64,000 bases of DNA, taken from Desulfomonilia bacterium (GTDB lineage Bacteria; Desulfobacterota; Desulfomonilia; UBA1062). The DNA lies in assembly GCA_050014195.1 (NCBI GenBank), contig JBEKDT010000013.1:85025-149024 (forward strand), read 5' to 3'. A model generated the notes under the pieces. That model was not told the DNA's origin and did not search any database. It worked only from the letters and a program-made list of their open reading frames with translations. The position numbers and the translations under genes were made by a program. Positions 20,414 through 30,959 of the stretch are shown piece after piece (the first letter of the stretch is position 1; each line of letters opens with the position of its first letter).

Positions 20414-21291
20414 TTTAATGTATCATCGAGAGGTATCTTTGACTCGCAGGGCACATCTGTCTGGCACAACCCGCAGCTGTAACCGTCAAAACCATAGGTT
20501 GTCTTGATATACGGTATTGCTTTGCCAAAGACATATTCCAGGCATTTATTTTTGTCATGCCCGGCATCACTGATGGCCCCGGCCGGACAGCGGGAGATGC
20601 ATTTTTTGCAGGTACCTTTTGAGAAGAAGAGGCAATAGTCTGTGTGAGAGCTATAAGGTCTCGGTGTAGGTGGAATCTGTATGTGTGATACTACGGATCC
20701 TAAGCGCATGGCCTTGCCCACAGGGGTAATGAGCCCGTCACACAGGCCGAAGGTCCCCAGGCCAGATACATATGCAACATGCCGCTCCGACCAGTTTGAT
20801 GAAAACCCGTGTTGAGGAGAATTCTGCCATGAAAAACCGGTATGGAGTGTGGGTGCTATAGTTTCATAACCCATTGATTGAAGTGCCGTTACAACATGTT
20901 TTTTCAGATTGTTGTTGATCTCTTCACCAAAGGTGCGTGTGCGTGCCCAGCGGTGGGAAGGGAAGGAGGTCTCCCGGCGGTTGTCGGCCTTTGTCGCCTC
21001 TGTTTGGGGGAGAACCCAGCTGATCACGGTGAGATCTCCGGGAGAAGCATTTACATCAGGGAATGCCTGTAAGAATATTTCTTTTGGGGTCCAATGGAAG
21101 GGTCCCACGGTCTCCTTAAGAGAATTCCACAGAGGATCGCCGCCTCTTGAAAAACCTACAAGAGGATCTGCCCATGCCCGTTCGCCTTGGTCCTGCCAGA
21201 GTGTGTTCCGGCTAGGCTCGTCAAGAAACGATCTGATCATAGCATTTATCTGATGAGATAGATCAAAATGTTCACCAGGGCTCATGCGCAC
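20410..21291 (-). CDS. 4Fe-4S protein of the epoxyqueuosine reductase (QueG)-like family
   Basis: WSERHVAYVSGLGTFG, CKKCISRCP, CGLCQTDVPC. Confidence 0.72.
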   Translation of the reverse strand: MRMSPGEHFDLSHQINAMIRSFLDEPSRNTLWQDQGERAWADPLVGFSRGGDPLWNSLKETVGPFHWTPKEIFLQAFPDVNASPGDLTVISWVLPQTEATKADNRRETSFPSHRWARTRTFGEEINNNLKKHVVTALQSMGYETIAPTLHTGFSWQNSPQHGFSSNWSERHVAYVSGLGTFGLCDGLITPVGKAMRLGSVVSHIQIPPTPRPYSSHTDYCLFFSKGTCKKCISRCPAGAISDAGHDKNKCLEYVFGKAIPYIKTTYGFDGYSCGLCQTDVPCESKIPLDDTLK

Positions 21292-21397
21292 CTCCCTGCA
21301 CTTGTTTTGCCATCATCTAAGGCTAAAGCAAACTGATGCTTGAATCAATATAAACTTTTTAATCGAAGAGAGTTTATGAAAATATAATTGAGATTCC

Positions 21398-22033
21398 TTA
21401 AGGGTAAAGACCAATTCCGGTGCAACGATACTGTTTTGGAGTAGAGCCGGTCATCTTTTTGAAGATCCTGTTGAAGCTCGCCTTGGAATTGAATCCGGAA
21501 GCAAAGGCGATATCCAGGATAGTACTTTCCGGGTCGCTGATGAGCATGGTCTTGGCAAAGCCTACCCGGAAGGTATTCACGAGGTCGTGGAAGGTGGTAT
21601 TGAGGTAAATGTTCAAAAACCTTGAGAGGTTGTGCGGTTCAACTCCAAGCTCATGGGCCAAGGCTGCCAGCGTTAACTCATCTCTCAAGAAGATTTGCTC
21701 ATCCTGGAGTTTACTTTTAAGCCGCACTTCAAGATCTTTCCGGTTAATGGCTGAGGGCATGTTGGGCTGTCTTTTCCTGATGTGATGCCGGGGTCGCGGT
21801 CGTGATTGGTTATCGCCCTTTCCATAGTGCAACTGCAAAAGAAGCTTATGCCGTCTAACCATATCCGTGGCGACATTGCTCAGTGCGACCTCTTCTGCAA
21901 GTTGAATCCATTCCTCGTCCAACTCCGGGAGGTCACTTGCGCAGATAGTTGTTTCTTCAGTCAGCGGGGTAGTAACTCGCTTGCTGCATTCATGCCGGTT
22001 TTTCTTCGTGCTTAATACCATCAATATCCTCAC
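21398..22033 (-). CDS. AraC-family transcriptional regulator
   Basis: LTLAALAHELGVEPHNLS and ILDIAFASGFNSKASFNRIFKKMTGSTPKQYR double HTH. Confidence 0.82.
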   Translation of the reverse strand: MRILMVLSTKKNRHECSKRVTTPLTEETTICASDLPELDEEWIQLAEEVALSNVATDMVRRHKLLLQLHYGKGDNQSRPRPRHHIRKRQPNMPSAINRKDLEVRLKSKLQDEQIFLRDELTLAALAHELGVEPHNLSRFLNIYLNTTFHDLVNTFRVGFAKTMLISDPESTILDIAFASGFNSKASFNRIFKKMTGSTPKQYRCTGIGLYP

Positions 22034-22387
22034 TGGAGAATAATATTACAAGCATCCTGACAGGAGATTGTCCAGAGTTCATTACATGGGAAAATATAGT
22101 ACATAAATCTTTTCAAGAGTACAAGCCGCAGTGTCACGTAAAAGATGAAAGGCCCTGTATGGCTTAAGAAAACTATACTGGCAATGCTTAGATAAATTGC
22201 CTTTGGTTGTACATGATGTTTATGAATTTCATTAGAACTGTTGTGCCTAATCTTATTGATAAATAATCATTTAATCTGATCATTCGGTAATGACTGATCT
22301 TCTTATGCCATAGGAAATATAAGACATATTATGCCGATATAAATATGCTAAAATATGTTTAACCCTTGGTTTATGAGAAAAATAATC

Positions 22388-22417
22388 TTGACAGTATTCA
22401 GGTGCCTATTGTATCTT
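22388..22417 (+). promoter_or_regulatory. Putative sigma70 promoter of the etf operon
   Basis: TTGACA-18 nt-TATCTT in an AT-rich intergenic region. Confidence 0.45.
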
Positions 22418-22595
22418 TTGCCGGTGATGAATGATGATTCACTCATGTTCGGGCAAATTAACAACTCGATCTGAAAGGCTTTCCATGGTAGCTATGGAGT
22501 ACAGGCTTTTATCCGGGGTTGATCCGGTCGATGAGGTGAAGCTGATCATAAACGCAATCCCGTACCGGGGCGAAACAATAAAGGAAGGGTAACCA

Positions 22596-23414
22596 ATGCT
22601 CGTTATCGCATGTATCAAACAGGTGCCTGACACAACACAGGTTAAGATCGATCCGGTGACCAACACACTTGTCCGCGAAGGGATTCCTTTCATCATGAAC
22701 CCCTTTGACACGCATGCCCTGGAGGAGTCGCTCCGTCTGAAAGACAAATACGGTGTGCGGGTCGCAGCTATCTCCATGGGGCCTCCTAATGCGGAGATGA
22801 CACTGCGCAAGGCCCTGGCACTGGGAGTTGATGAGGTAATCCTTCTGTCGGACCGTGCCTTTGGAGGCGCAGACACCCTTGCCACAAGCATGGTCCTTGC
22901 CGAGGCGGTCAAAAAGCTGGCCGAGAAGGACAAGGAAGGGCTTGCGCTGGTGATCTGCGGGAAACAGACCATTGACGGCGACACCGCCCAGGTGGGTCCC
23001 GGCATAGCAATCCGCAACGGGTATGTCCCGCTGACCCTTGTAGACCGCATCGTTGATCTTGATCTCAAGAACAAGAAGATCAAGGTAAGCAGAAAGCTCG
23101 AAGGCCGCCATGAGATAGTCGAAGCCAAGATGCCTGCCCTGCTGACCGTGGTCAGGGAGATCAACAAGCCCCGCTACCCGTCAGTACCCATGCGTCTTGA
23201 GGCCCAGGACATGAGTGTCGCCCTATGGGACAACAAGGTCATGAACCTCGATGTACAGCAGATAGGTCTTAAGGGTTCACCCACTGCGGTACGAAGGATC
23301 TTTTCTCCAGAGCGCGAAAAAGGTGAGATCGTGGGCGACGGTACCAACGACCCGACCGGAACTGCAAAGCAGTTGGTGGAAAAGCTGGTCCAGAGGGAAT
23401 TGCTTGCCCTGTAA
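22596..23414 (+). CDS. etfB: Electron transfer flavoprotein beta subunit
   Basis: CIKQVPDT, MNPFD, DRAFGGADTLATS, GKQTIDGDTAQVGP, GLKGSPT. Confidence 0.95.
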   Translation: MLVIACIKQVPDTTQVKIDPVTNTLVREGIPFIMNPFDTHALEESLRLKDKYGVRVAAISMGPPNAEMTLRKALALGVDEVILLSDRAFGGADTLATSMVLAEAVKKLAEKDKEGLALVICGKQTIDGDTAQVGPGIAIRNGYVPLTLVDRIVDLDLKNKKIKVSRKLEGRHEIVEAKMPALLTVVREINKPRYPSVPMRLEAQDMSVALWDNKVMNLDVQQIGLKGSPTAVRRIFSPEREKGEIVGDGTNDPTGTAKQLVEKLVQRELLAL

Positions 23415-23459
23415 GGCTATAGACACCTTACTCTATTAAAATAAGAGAGATAAAAGCAG

Positions 23460-24803
23460 ATGGAAAAACCGAAAAAAGTCAAAAAGCCGCGTGGTAAGGC
23501 ATCTCTCATCCCCAACAAGTGTATCGCCTGCGGGGCGCGTTGCCAGAGCTCCTGCCCTGCAGAAGCGATCGAGATGAGCGAAAAGGGTGAGCCGATCATC
23601 CTAACGGATAAGTGCATCGGCTGCCAGAAATGTGTCAAGATATGCCCGGCAGAAGCCCTTGAAATGTTCTTTACTCCCGAAGAGCTGGAGATTTTGAAGC
23701 AGCTCTCACAGGAAAAGGCTGCAGGTGCCCCGGCAGAGGAGGAAGAAGACTCTGAAGAGGCCAAGCTGAAGAAGTTCCTGGCCCAGTACCGGTCGGTATG
23801 GGTCTTTGTCGAGCAGACCGACTGTATACCTGCCAAAGTTTCCTGGGAGCTTTTAGGTGTGGGCGCACAACTGGCTTCTGCACTGAAGGTGGATCTCTGC
23901 GCAGTCGTTCTTGGCCACAATGTTGAAAAACTGTGCCATGAAGCATTCACCTACGGCGCAACCAAGGCATACCTGATCGATGAAGAAATCCTGCACAATT
24001 ACCGGACCGCTCCTTACCTTGAGTCCTTCTGTTCACTGGTGCAAAAGTATAAGCCCGAGGTCGTGCTCATGGGCGCCACCGGTCTGGGCAGAGATTTAGC
24101 CGGAGCTGTTGCGACACGGCTTCGAACAGGCTTGACGGCCGACTGCACGGGTCTGGGCATTGATGAAAAAAGGCAGCTGCTGCAGACGCGTCCCGCCTTC
24201 GGCGGAAACATCATGGCAACCATATTCTGCGAGCAGAGACGCCCGCAGATGGCTTCTGTCCGCCCTCACGTAATGCCCATGCCGACCAAAAACGAGAACG
24301 CCACAGGCGAGATCATTCGCGAGAAGATTGCGATGAAGGAACAGGATGTCCTCACCAAGGTGCTTGAAGTCATCAACGATGCCGGCCACATGGACAGCGT
24401 TGATATAGGCGGTGCCGAGTTCATCGTTTCCGGCGGCAGAGGCATGATGTCAAAGGAAAACTTCAAGATCCTGCAGGATCTGGCGGAAGAGCTGGGCGGA
24501 GTAGTTGCATGCTCCAGAAGTGCGGTCGATGCAGGATGGATGCCGGTGGAGCGCCAGGTAGGGCAGACCGGAAAGACCGTGCGGCCCAAGATCTACATCG
24601 CATGCGGCATCAGCGGTGCCATCCAGCACCTGGTAGGCATGCAGGACTCTGATCTTGTCATTGCCATCAACCGTGACCGCGAGGCCCCGATCTTCGAGGT
24701 GGCGACATTCGGCATCGTCGGCGATCTTTTCAGTATCGTGCCTGCGATCACTGAGCATATTCGGCAGACAAAGGCCACCAGAGGGACACCAAAGGTCTGT
24801 TAG
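23460..24803 (+). CDS. etfA: Electron transfer flavoprotein alpha subunit with N-terminal 2[4Fe-4S] ferredoxin domain
   Basis: CIACGARCQSSCP and CIGCQKCVKICP, then GLTADCT, RPAFGG, QVGQTGKTV, GISGAIQH. Confidence 0.93.
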   Translation: MEKPKKVKKPRGKASLIPNKCIACGARCQSSCPAEAIEMSEKGEPIILTDKCIGCQKCVKICPAEALEMFFTPEELEILKQLSQEKAAGAPAEEEEDSEEAKLKKFLAQYRSVWVFVEQTDCIPAKVSWELLGVGAQLASALKVDLCAVVLGHNVEKLCHEAFTYGATKAYLIDEEILHNYRTAPYLESFCSLVQKYKPEVVLMGATGLGRDLAGAVATRLRTGLTADCTGLGIDEKRQLLQTRPAFGGNIMATIFCEQRRPQMASVRPHVMPMPTKNENATGEIIREKIAMKEQDVLTKVLEVINDAGHMDSVDIGGAEFIVSGGRGMMSKENFKILQDLAEELGGVVACSRSAVDAGWMPVERQVGQTGKTVRPKIYIACGISGAIQHLVGMQDSDLVIAINRDREAPIFEVATFGIVGDLFSIVPAITEHIRQTKATRGTPKVC

Positions 24804-24834
24804 ACGTTATAACTAAGAGAAAAGGATAATTTTC

Positions 24835-26793
24835 ATGATACCGAATCCGATTGTTTTTGCCATTGTGTTTGTAGGGGCCGTCCTTCTGTTTGTGTGGAGC
24901 TGTTTCCGCCGCTTCGGACTGGTAACCATCGGTAAGCCGGAAAACCGGTTCAATAACGTAGCAGCCAGGATTCGAGATACCTTCCTCTATGCCTTTGCCC
25001 AGAAAAGGGTCTTGCAGAAGCCTTTCGGCATAAACCATTTCGTCCTGTTCTGGTCGTTCATGGTCCTTCTGCTCGCCAATACCGAGTTTGTGTTGAAAGG
25101 GCTGCATCCGGCCATCACCTTCAAGGTGCTGCCGGCGCTCATCTATAATCCGCTCTATTTTCTCTTCGATCTCGTCTCGCTCTTTGCCCTTCTCTGCGTC
25201 ATCATCGCCGGCATCAGGCGCGTGGTCGCACCGCCGTATCCCGAGGCGATCACTTTGGATGCATATATCATCCTCTCTATGATAGCAGGCCTTATGATCG
25301 CCTACTTCAACCTGCACGGAGTGGAGAGAGTTGCCCTCGGGGAGCAGCTTAACATGCCCATCTCCGCAGCAGTTGGGTCAATATTCTATAGCGGAATTAC
25401 ACCCGAGAAGGCCGAGTCTTTAAAAGAGATCTGGTGGTGGCTCCATGCACTCATATTCCTCTTCTTCCTGAACTATCTTCCCTACAGCAAGCACATGCAT
25501 ATTCTTTCCTCAATCCCGAGCTGCTATTTCAGGAGGTTTGAAAAGGCAAATACCTTGCCGTTGGAAACCTTTGTGAAGGGCAACAAATTCGGCGTTGATA
25601 CCATTGATAAATTTACCTGGAAAGACCTTTTTGATTCCTATGCCTGCACCGAATGCGGCCGTTGCCAGCTGGCGTGCCCGGCTGCGAACACCGGCAAGCC
25701 GCTGAACCCGAGGCAGGTCATTCATGACCTTAAAATCAACGTCCTGACCAACGGACCGGCTATAAAGGCCGGCCAGAAACCTACACTGCCGCTCATCGGC
25801 AGCAACGGCGAAGGCAGCATCACCGAAGATCAGATCTGGTCCTGCACCACCTGCGGTGCATGCATGGAAGTCTGCCCGGTCTTCATCGAGCAGATGCCCA
25901 AACTCCTCCAACTTAGGCGCTACCTTGTGGAGATGAAGGCACACTTCCCCGAAGAGCTCCTCAACCTCTTTGAGAACATGGAGCAGAGGAGCAACCCATG
26001 GGGTATCGCACCGACCGAGAGGACCAAATGGTGCTCGCAGCTCAATGTGAAGGCCTTCGATGCCTCTACCGAATACCTCCTGTACGTGGGATGTGCAGGT
26101 GCCTTTGACTCCAGGAACAAGCAGGTCACTTTGGCCCTTGCAAGTGTTCTCGATGCAGCCGGAGTCTCTTGGGGCATCCTGGGCAAGGAAGAGTTATGCT
26201 GCGGCGACAGCGTGCGCAGGCTCGGCAATGAGTTTGTATTCGACAAGATGGCAAAAGACAATGTCAAGATTTTCAAGGAAAAGGGTGTGAAGAAGATCAT
26301 CACCCTGTGCCCCCATTGCTTCTCCACCCTGAAGAACGATTACAGGCAATATGGTTTTGATGGCGAGGTCATCCATCATGCCGACCTCATCGATCAACTG
26401 ATAAAGCAGGGCAAGTTGAAGCTCAAGAAGTCCGTTAATCTGGGCAAGGTCGTATTCCATGACTCATGCTATCTTGGGCGGCATAACAACATCTACGAAT
26501 CGCCCCGGAGTGTTATCAGCAAGGCAACGGGAAAGAGCCCTGAAGAATTGGATCGGACCCGTAGGCAGTCCTTCTGCTGCGGCGCAGGAGGCGGAAGGAT
26601 GTGGATGGAGGAGCACCTGGGCACGCGTATCAACCTGGAGCGCGTAACCGAGGCCCTCACAAAGAACCCGGACACCGTGTGCGTGACCTGCCCATACTGC
26701 ATGACCATGTTCGAAGACGGTCTGAAGGACAAGAATGCAGACAAGGTCCTGGTCAAGGATATAGCCGAGGTTGTTGCGGAAGGGCTGAGATAA
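24835..26793 (+). CDS. Membrane-bound Fe-S oxidoreductase (cytochrome b-like TM part, 2 Fe-S motifs, 2 CCG domains); putative ETF:menaquinone oxidoreductase
   Basis: N-terminal TMs with conserved His (NH, WLH, SKHMH), CTECGRCQLACP, CTTCGACMEVCP, CCGD, HDSCYLGR, CCGAGGG; follows etfBA. Confidence 0.85.
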   Translation: MIPNPIVFAIVFVGAVLLFVWSCFRRFGLVTIGKPENRFNNVAARIRDTFLYAFAQKRVLQKPFGINHFVLFWSFMVLLLANTEFVLKGLHPAITFKVLPALIYNPLYFLFDLVSLFALLCVIIAGIRRVVAPPYPEAITLDAYIILSMIAGLMIAYFNLHGVERVALGEQLNMPISAAVGSIFYSGITPEKAESLKEIWWWLHALIFLFFLNYLPYSKHMHILSSIPSCYFRRFEKANTLPLETFVKGNKFGVDTIDKFTWKDLFDSYACTECGRCQLACPAANTGKPLNPRQVIHDLKINVLTNGPAIKAGQKPTLPLIGSNGEGSITEDQIWSCTTCGACMEVCPVFIEQMPKLLQLRRYLVEMKAHFPEELLNLFENMEQRSNPWGIAPTERTKWCSQLNVKAFDASTEYLLYVGCAGAFDSRNKQVTLALASVLDAAGVSWGILGKEELCCGDSVRRLGNEFVFDKMAKDNVKIFKEKGVKKIITLCPHCFSTLKNDYRQYGFDGEVIHHADLIDQLIKQGKLKLKKSVNLGKVVFHDSCYLGRHNNIYESPRSVISKATGKSPEELDRTRRQSFCCGAGGGRMWMEEHLGTRINLERVTEALTKNPDTVCVTCPYCMTMFEDGLKDKNADKVLVKDIAEVVAEGLR

Positions 26794-26822
26794 AAAACGA
26801 ATTTTCTTATGTGCAAGGTTCG

Positions 26823-26858
26823 ACAGCCCCCGGATATTCCGGGGGCTGTTTTATTTTT
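26823..26858 (+). terminator. Rho-independent terminator of the etf operon
   Basis: ACAGCCCCCGGA-TAT-TCCGGGGGCTGT perfect 12-bp stem followed by a T-rich tract. Confidence 0.88.
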
Positions 26859-26897
26859 ATATGAACTTCTCAACTATCAAAGGGTGGCCTTGCAGGG

Positions 26898-27461
26898 TCA
26901 GACAGAGTAGTGCCTGCCGTTTGACTCGTAGATGAGGAGATGGGCAAAGGCCGCCACCACCAGGCCGTGCATGATCTTTTGCTTGCGGATCATCTGATAG
27001 ATCTCTTCCTTTTTGACGAGCTCCACCCTGATCGCTTCGGTGGGATCCAGCATCTGGTTTGAGCCCAGGATGCAGTTCCTGGCCAGGAATGAATAGCACT
27101 TGTTTGTCTGGAGTGCGGGGTTAGGCTCGACCGTTCCGATGTGCACAACATCGGTGCTGATATAGCCGGTCTCTTCCGTCATCTCACGAACAGCCGCCTC
27201 CATGGGGGTCGTGTCCTCCTCGGAGATGAGTCCGCCCGGTATCTCGATGGTGTCTCTCCTGATGCCGTGACGGTACTGGCGGATGGTGACCACGTGGCCG
27301 TCTTCCGTGATAGGGATGATGTTCACCCAGTCGCCGAGCTCGAATACCGTGAAGTCCTTGATGATGTCATTGGGCAGGAAGTGATACTTGTCCTGGCGGA
27401 CATTGACAAGCCGGTTCTTGAACACGGTCTTGGAATAGAGGTAATTCCAATCCTTCTTCAT
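26898..27461 (-). CDS. NUDIX hydrolase (ADP-ribose pyrophosphatase-like)
   Basis: RQYRHG, EIPGG...AAVREMTEETG Nudix box; ATG 27461 chosen as start. Confidence 0.88.
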   Translation of the reverse strand: MKKDWNYLYSKTVFKNRLVNVRQDKYHFLPNDIIKDFTVFELGDWVNIIPITEDGHVVTIRQYRHGIRRDTIEIPGGLISEEDTTPMEAAVREMTEETGYISTDVVHIGTVEPNPALQTNKCYSFLARNCILGSNQMLDPTEAIRVELVKKEEIYQMIRKQKIMHGLVVAAFAHLLIYESNGRHYSV

Positions 27462-27544
27462 GGCTGTTCCCCTTAAGACCCACAGGATACTACCACGGAA
27501 TATCGAGTTTTTCCAGGAGCTGTTTATCTTCGAAAATATCAATA

Positions 27545-28162
27545 TCACCGTAAAGATGGAGGGGAGCATGATGAGTTCTTTCCAATATTAGCGTTCCAAT
27601 CAATGAGTGCCGCGATATTCGCCCAAGAACTTACTGCATGAAAGGGGTGGGGCTGCCGGTTCCATGGCTGGGTGTAGATAATCGGGACGATTCCGACCTC
27701 CTGGAGCAAAAAGCAGGTGTCGAGCCGGTCGTCGATGAAGTATTTTACATTATTGTCTTTCAGGATCTCGATCTTCGCCGTGTTCACCCCGGTCGCCTCG
27801 ATGTGCAGGCACTTTGGGCCGACCTGAGGGATGTGCCTTTCGAACCATAACTCGATGGGTTCGGCAACAGGCCGCGCAGTCACCACGAGCAGGGGTGAAA
27901 AGGCTGTCATGCGGGTTAACACCTCACCGGCCCCTTCATTCGGCATAAGATCTATCTCATGAGGTTCGTTGGTGAGGATATCGATGATCTCAAGGGCATG
28001 TTTCTCTTCCATGTTGACGACGTTGAGAAAATGGTAATCCGTGATGTCGTCATAGTTGATGTCGTAGTTGTAGTTTTCCTTGGCAAGCCGGACAAAGAGC
28101 CTGAATGTGTCGGCCACTACGCCGTCGAAGTCAAAGGCGATTTCCTCGGGGTGGATGTTCAT
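27545..28162 (-). CDS. HAD-family 5'(3')-nucleotidase-like protein
   Basis: FDFDGVVAD, VTAR, FIDD, QPWN motifs. Confidence 0.8.
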   Translation of the reverse strand: MNIHPEEIAFDFDGVVADTFRLFVRLAKENYNYDINYDDITDYHFLNVVNMEEKHALEIIDILTNEPHEIDLMPNEGAGEVLTRMTAFSPLLVVTARPVAEPIELWFERHIPQVGPKCLHIEATGVNTAKIEILKDNNVKYFIDDRLDTCFLLQEVGIVPIIYTQPWNRQPHPFHAVSSWANIAALIDWNANIGKNSSCSPPSLR

Positions 28163-28363
28163 GCCAATACCTCTTCTCAATTGATGTCAAGATTGTGTAC
28201 CATAGACCATTGTGGGTTGCAAATATACACCCTAAACAAGGTATAAAGCATAATAATAAAGAACACGGTAATCCCCCGCCATAAGAGCCCCGGCAGGGCA
28301 TGTTCATGGTGAAAAATCAGTTGACAAGAACAGGAGATACAGGCTATCGAAAACACCTGATAA

Positions 28364-28438
28364 AGGCACGTAGCTCAGGGGGAGAGCACCACCTTGACGC
28401 GGTGGGGGTCCAGGGTTCAAATCCCTGCGTGCCTACCA
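28364..28438 (+). tRNA. tRNA-Val (anticodon GAC)
   Basis: Acceptor AGGCACG/CGTGCCT plus ACCA, D arm TAGCTCAGGGGGAGAGC, anticodon stem CCACC-TTGACGC-GGTGG, T arm CAGGG-TTCAAAT-CCCTG. Confidence 0.97.
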
Positions 28439-28458
28439 CTTTTTTGTCTGGAGATGTT

Positions 28459-30345
28459 ATGCCCGAAATCACCGTTATTGTGGACGGCAAGGCCATACCT
28501 ACCGGCGCATTGACTATTAGGGATGTTATTAAAGACAAGCGCGTGATTGCAGCACGTGTGGGAGGGATTTTGGTTGATCTCTCCACATTGCTGGCTGACG
28601 GCCTTACGATAGAGACGATATCTGCCGATTCCCCTGCGGGTGTAGGACTCCTGCGGCATTCCACCGCACATGTCATGGCGGAGGCTGTGAAGCTCCTCTT
28701 CCCGGATGCCAGGCCCACCATAGGTCCTTCTACCGAGGATGGATTCTACTATGATTTTGACCGTGAAGCGCCATTTTCCTCGGAAGATCTTGCCAAGATA
28801 GAAGAGAAGATGGGTGAGCTCGTCAAACAGGACACTGCCTTCATCCGCAGGGAACTGCCCAAAAATAAAGCGAGGGCCTTCTTTGAAGAAAAGGGTGAGC
28901 CCTACAAGGTGGAGATCATTGACGACCTAGGCGACGACGTGAACACAGTCTCACTCTACGAGCAGGGGACCTTTACCGACCTGTGCAGGGGCCCGCATGT
29001 GCCCTCCACCGGTTTTCTCAAGGCCTTCAAGCTCTTGTCCGTTGCAGGTGCTTACTGGAGGGGCGACGAGCGCAAGAAGATGCTCCAGCGGATCTACGGC
29101 ACGGCCTTCGGGTCAAAAAAAGACCTCGACCAATACATCACCTTCCTGGAAGAAGCCCGCAAGCGCGACCACCGCAAGCTCGGCAAGGAGCTCGAGCTGT
29201 TCATGTTCTCCGATGATGTGGGTCCGGGCATGGTCATCTATATGCCCAAGGGCGGCAGGCTTAGGAGCCTGCTGGAAGATTTCGAAAAGAGGATCCACTT
29301 CAAGAGAGGCTATGACATCGTCTATGGCCCGAGCATCCTGAGGGGCAAGATGTGGGAGACCTCCGGCCACATGGACAACTACAAGGAGAATATGTATTTC
29401 ACTGAAGTCGATGAACAGCTCTACGGCATCAAGCCCATGAACTGTCTGTCCCATATTATGATATACAAGTCCAAGGTGAGGAGCTACCGCGACCTGCCGT
29501 TGCGCTATTTCGAACTGGGCAATGTCACCAGGCACGAAAAATCAGGCGTTATCCATGGACTGCTCCGCACGCGTCAGTTCACCCAGGACGACGCCCACAT
29601 CTTCTGCAGGCCGGACCAGCTCATTGACGAGATCACAGCAATCATAGACATGGTAGAAGAGGTGATGGCCGTTTTCGGTTTTGAATACACCATGGAGATC
29701 AGCACCAGGCCTGAGAAATCCATCGGGAGCGACCAGGACTGGGATATGGCCACCAAGGCCCTGATCGACTCTTTGAATAAGAAAGGCCTTGCGTACGACA
29801 TCAATGAGGGCGACGGCGCCTTTTACGGCCCCAAGATCGATGTCAAGATCAAGGATGCCATCGGCCGGCAATGGCAGTGCGCCACCATCCAGTGCGACTT
29901 CTCCCTGCCCATGCGTTTTGATACACACTACATAGGCTCGGATGGCGAGAAACACCGGCCCGTCATGCTCCACCGGGTCATCCTTGGCTCAATCGAGCGT
30001 TTCATCGGCGTGCTCATCGAGCACTTCGCAGGCGCATTCCCGGTCTGGCTTTCGCCCGTGCAGGCCGTTGTCATGAACATCACCGATGCCCAGGCCGATT
30101 ATGCAAGCAAGGTGGCGGATGTCTTAAGAGACAAGGAGATCAGGACAGAGCTCGATCTCCGCAACGAAAAGATCGGCTTCAAGATCCGTGAAGCACGGGT
30201 TCAGAAGACCCCTTACATGGTAATCGTGGGCGACCGCGAGAAGGCAGACGGTACCGTGAACATCCGGGATCGCTCAGGCGAGCAGAAGACATTTGCGCTT
30301 GATGAGTTCATCGCCTTGGTAAAGTCCTTTGATCCTGTGATCTAA
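28459..30345 (+). CDS. thrS: Threonine--tRNA ligase
   Basis: [45 protein letters not shown]; true start lies after the tRNA (GGAG RBS, ATG 28459), not at 28300. Confidence 0.97.
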   Translation: MPEITVIVDGKAIPTGALTIRDVIKDKRVIAARVGGILVDLSTLLADGLTIETISADSPAGVGLLRHSTAHVMAEAVKLLFPDARPTIGPSTEDGFYYDFDREAPFSSEDLAKIEEKMGELVKQDTAFIRRELPKNKARAFFEEKGEPYKVEIIDDLGDDVNTVSLYEQGTFTDLCRGPHVPSTGFLKAFKLLSVAGAYWRGDERKKMLQRIYGTAFGSKKDLDQYITFLEEARKRDHRKLGKELELFMFSDDVGPGMVIYMPKGGRLRSLLEDFEKRIHFKRGYDIVYGPSILRGKMWETSGHMDNYKENMYFTEVDEQLYGIKPMNCLSHIMIYKSKVRSYRDLPLRYFELGNVTRHEKSGVIHGLLRTRQFTQDDAHIFCRPDQLIDEITAIIDMVEEVMAVFGFEYTMEISTRPEKSIGSDQDWDMATKALIDSLNKKGLAYDINEGDGAFYGPKIDVKIKDAIGRQWQCATIQCDFSLPMRFDTHYIGSDGEKHRPVMLHRVILGSIERFIGVLIEHFAGAFPVWLSPVQAVVMNITDAQADYASKVADVLRDKEIRTELDLRNEKIGFKIREARVQKTPYMVIVGDREKADGTVNIRDRSGEQKTFALDEFIALVKSFDPVI

Positions 30346-30350
30346 ACGTG

Positions 30351-30379
30351 TTGACAACAAATACATGCTAGGTTAGAAA
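30351..30379 (+). promoter_or_regulatory. Putative sigma70 promoter for infC-rpmI-rplT
   Basis: TTGACA-17 nt-TAGAAA just after the thrS stop. Confidence 0.4.
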
Positions 30380-30409
30380 AGCGCTTAAACGAATTTATAG
30401 GAGGGTCGC

Positions 30410-30946
30410 ATCGCTAGAAACGGCTTTTTCAGACCGAACGAGAAGGACAGGATAAGGGTTAACGAGCGAATCGTTGCGGAGAGTGTCAGGGTTATTTCTT
30501 CTGATGGTGAGCAACTGGGTATCATGACCGTACCTGCGGCCCTTCAATCTGCTCTGGATCAGGAGATGGATCTTGTCGAGGTTGCCCCCAATGCAACCCC
30601 TCCCGTATGCCGTATCATGGAGTACGGCAAATTTAAATACGAGCAGTCCAAGCGAGAGGCCCTTGCCAGGAAGAAACAGACAGTCATCGTCATCAAGGAG
30701 ATAAAGTTCAGGCCCAAGACCGATGAGCATGACTACCAGTTCAAGCTCAAACACATCATGCGGTTCCTGGATGAAAAGAACAAGGTAAAGGTCGTAATGC
30801 GGTTCAGGGGCAGGGAGATCATACACATGGACAAAGGACTCGAGATGCTTATCCGGGTCCGCGACGATGTCGCAGAAATGGCCGTTGTCGAGACAGAGCC
30901 CCGGGCGGAAGGCCGGACCATGGTGATGATGCTGGCCCCGAAGTAG
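30410..30946 (+). CDS. infC: Translation initiation factor IF-3 with non-canonical ATC start
   Basis: Frame stays open upstream of ATG 30524 and encodes RVNERI..VRVISSDGEQLGI; GGAGG at 30400 precedes ATC at 30410; DLVEVAPNATPPVC, KEIKFRP, FRGRE. Confidence 0.93.
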   Translation: MARNGFFRPNEKDRIRVNERIVAESVRVISSDGEQLGIMTVPAALQSALDQEMDLVEVAPNATPPVCRIMEYGKFKYEQSKREALARKKQTVIVIKEIKFRPKTDEHDYQFKLKHIMRFLDEKNKVKVVMRFRGREIIHMDKGLEMLIRVRDDVAEMAVVETEPRAEGRTMVMMLAPK

Positions 30947-30959
30947 ATATGAGGAGTGA

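Noticed and set aside
22485-22592. 35-aa ORF in the etfB leader
   Set aside because: Weak RBS and no recognisable motif; cannot be told from chance
28364-28438. tRNA as an integration site for an island
   Set aside because: No integrase or duplicated tRNA 3' end seen; tRNA-Val directly before thrS is ordinary synteny
28300-28458. N-terminal extension of ThrS in the ORF track
   Set aside because: It runs through a complete tRNA-Val; a GGAG RBS supports ATG 28459
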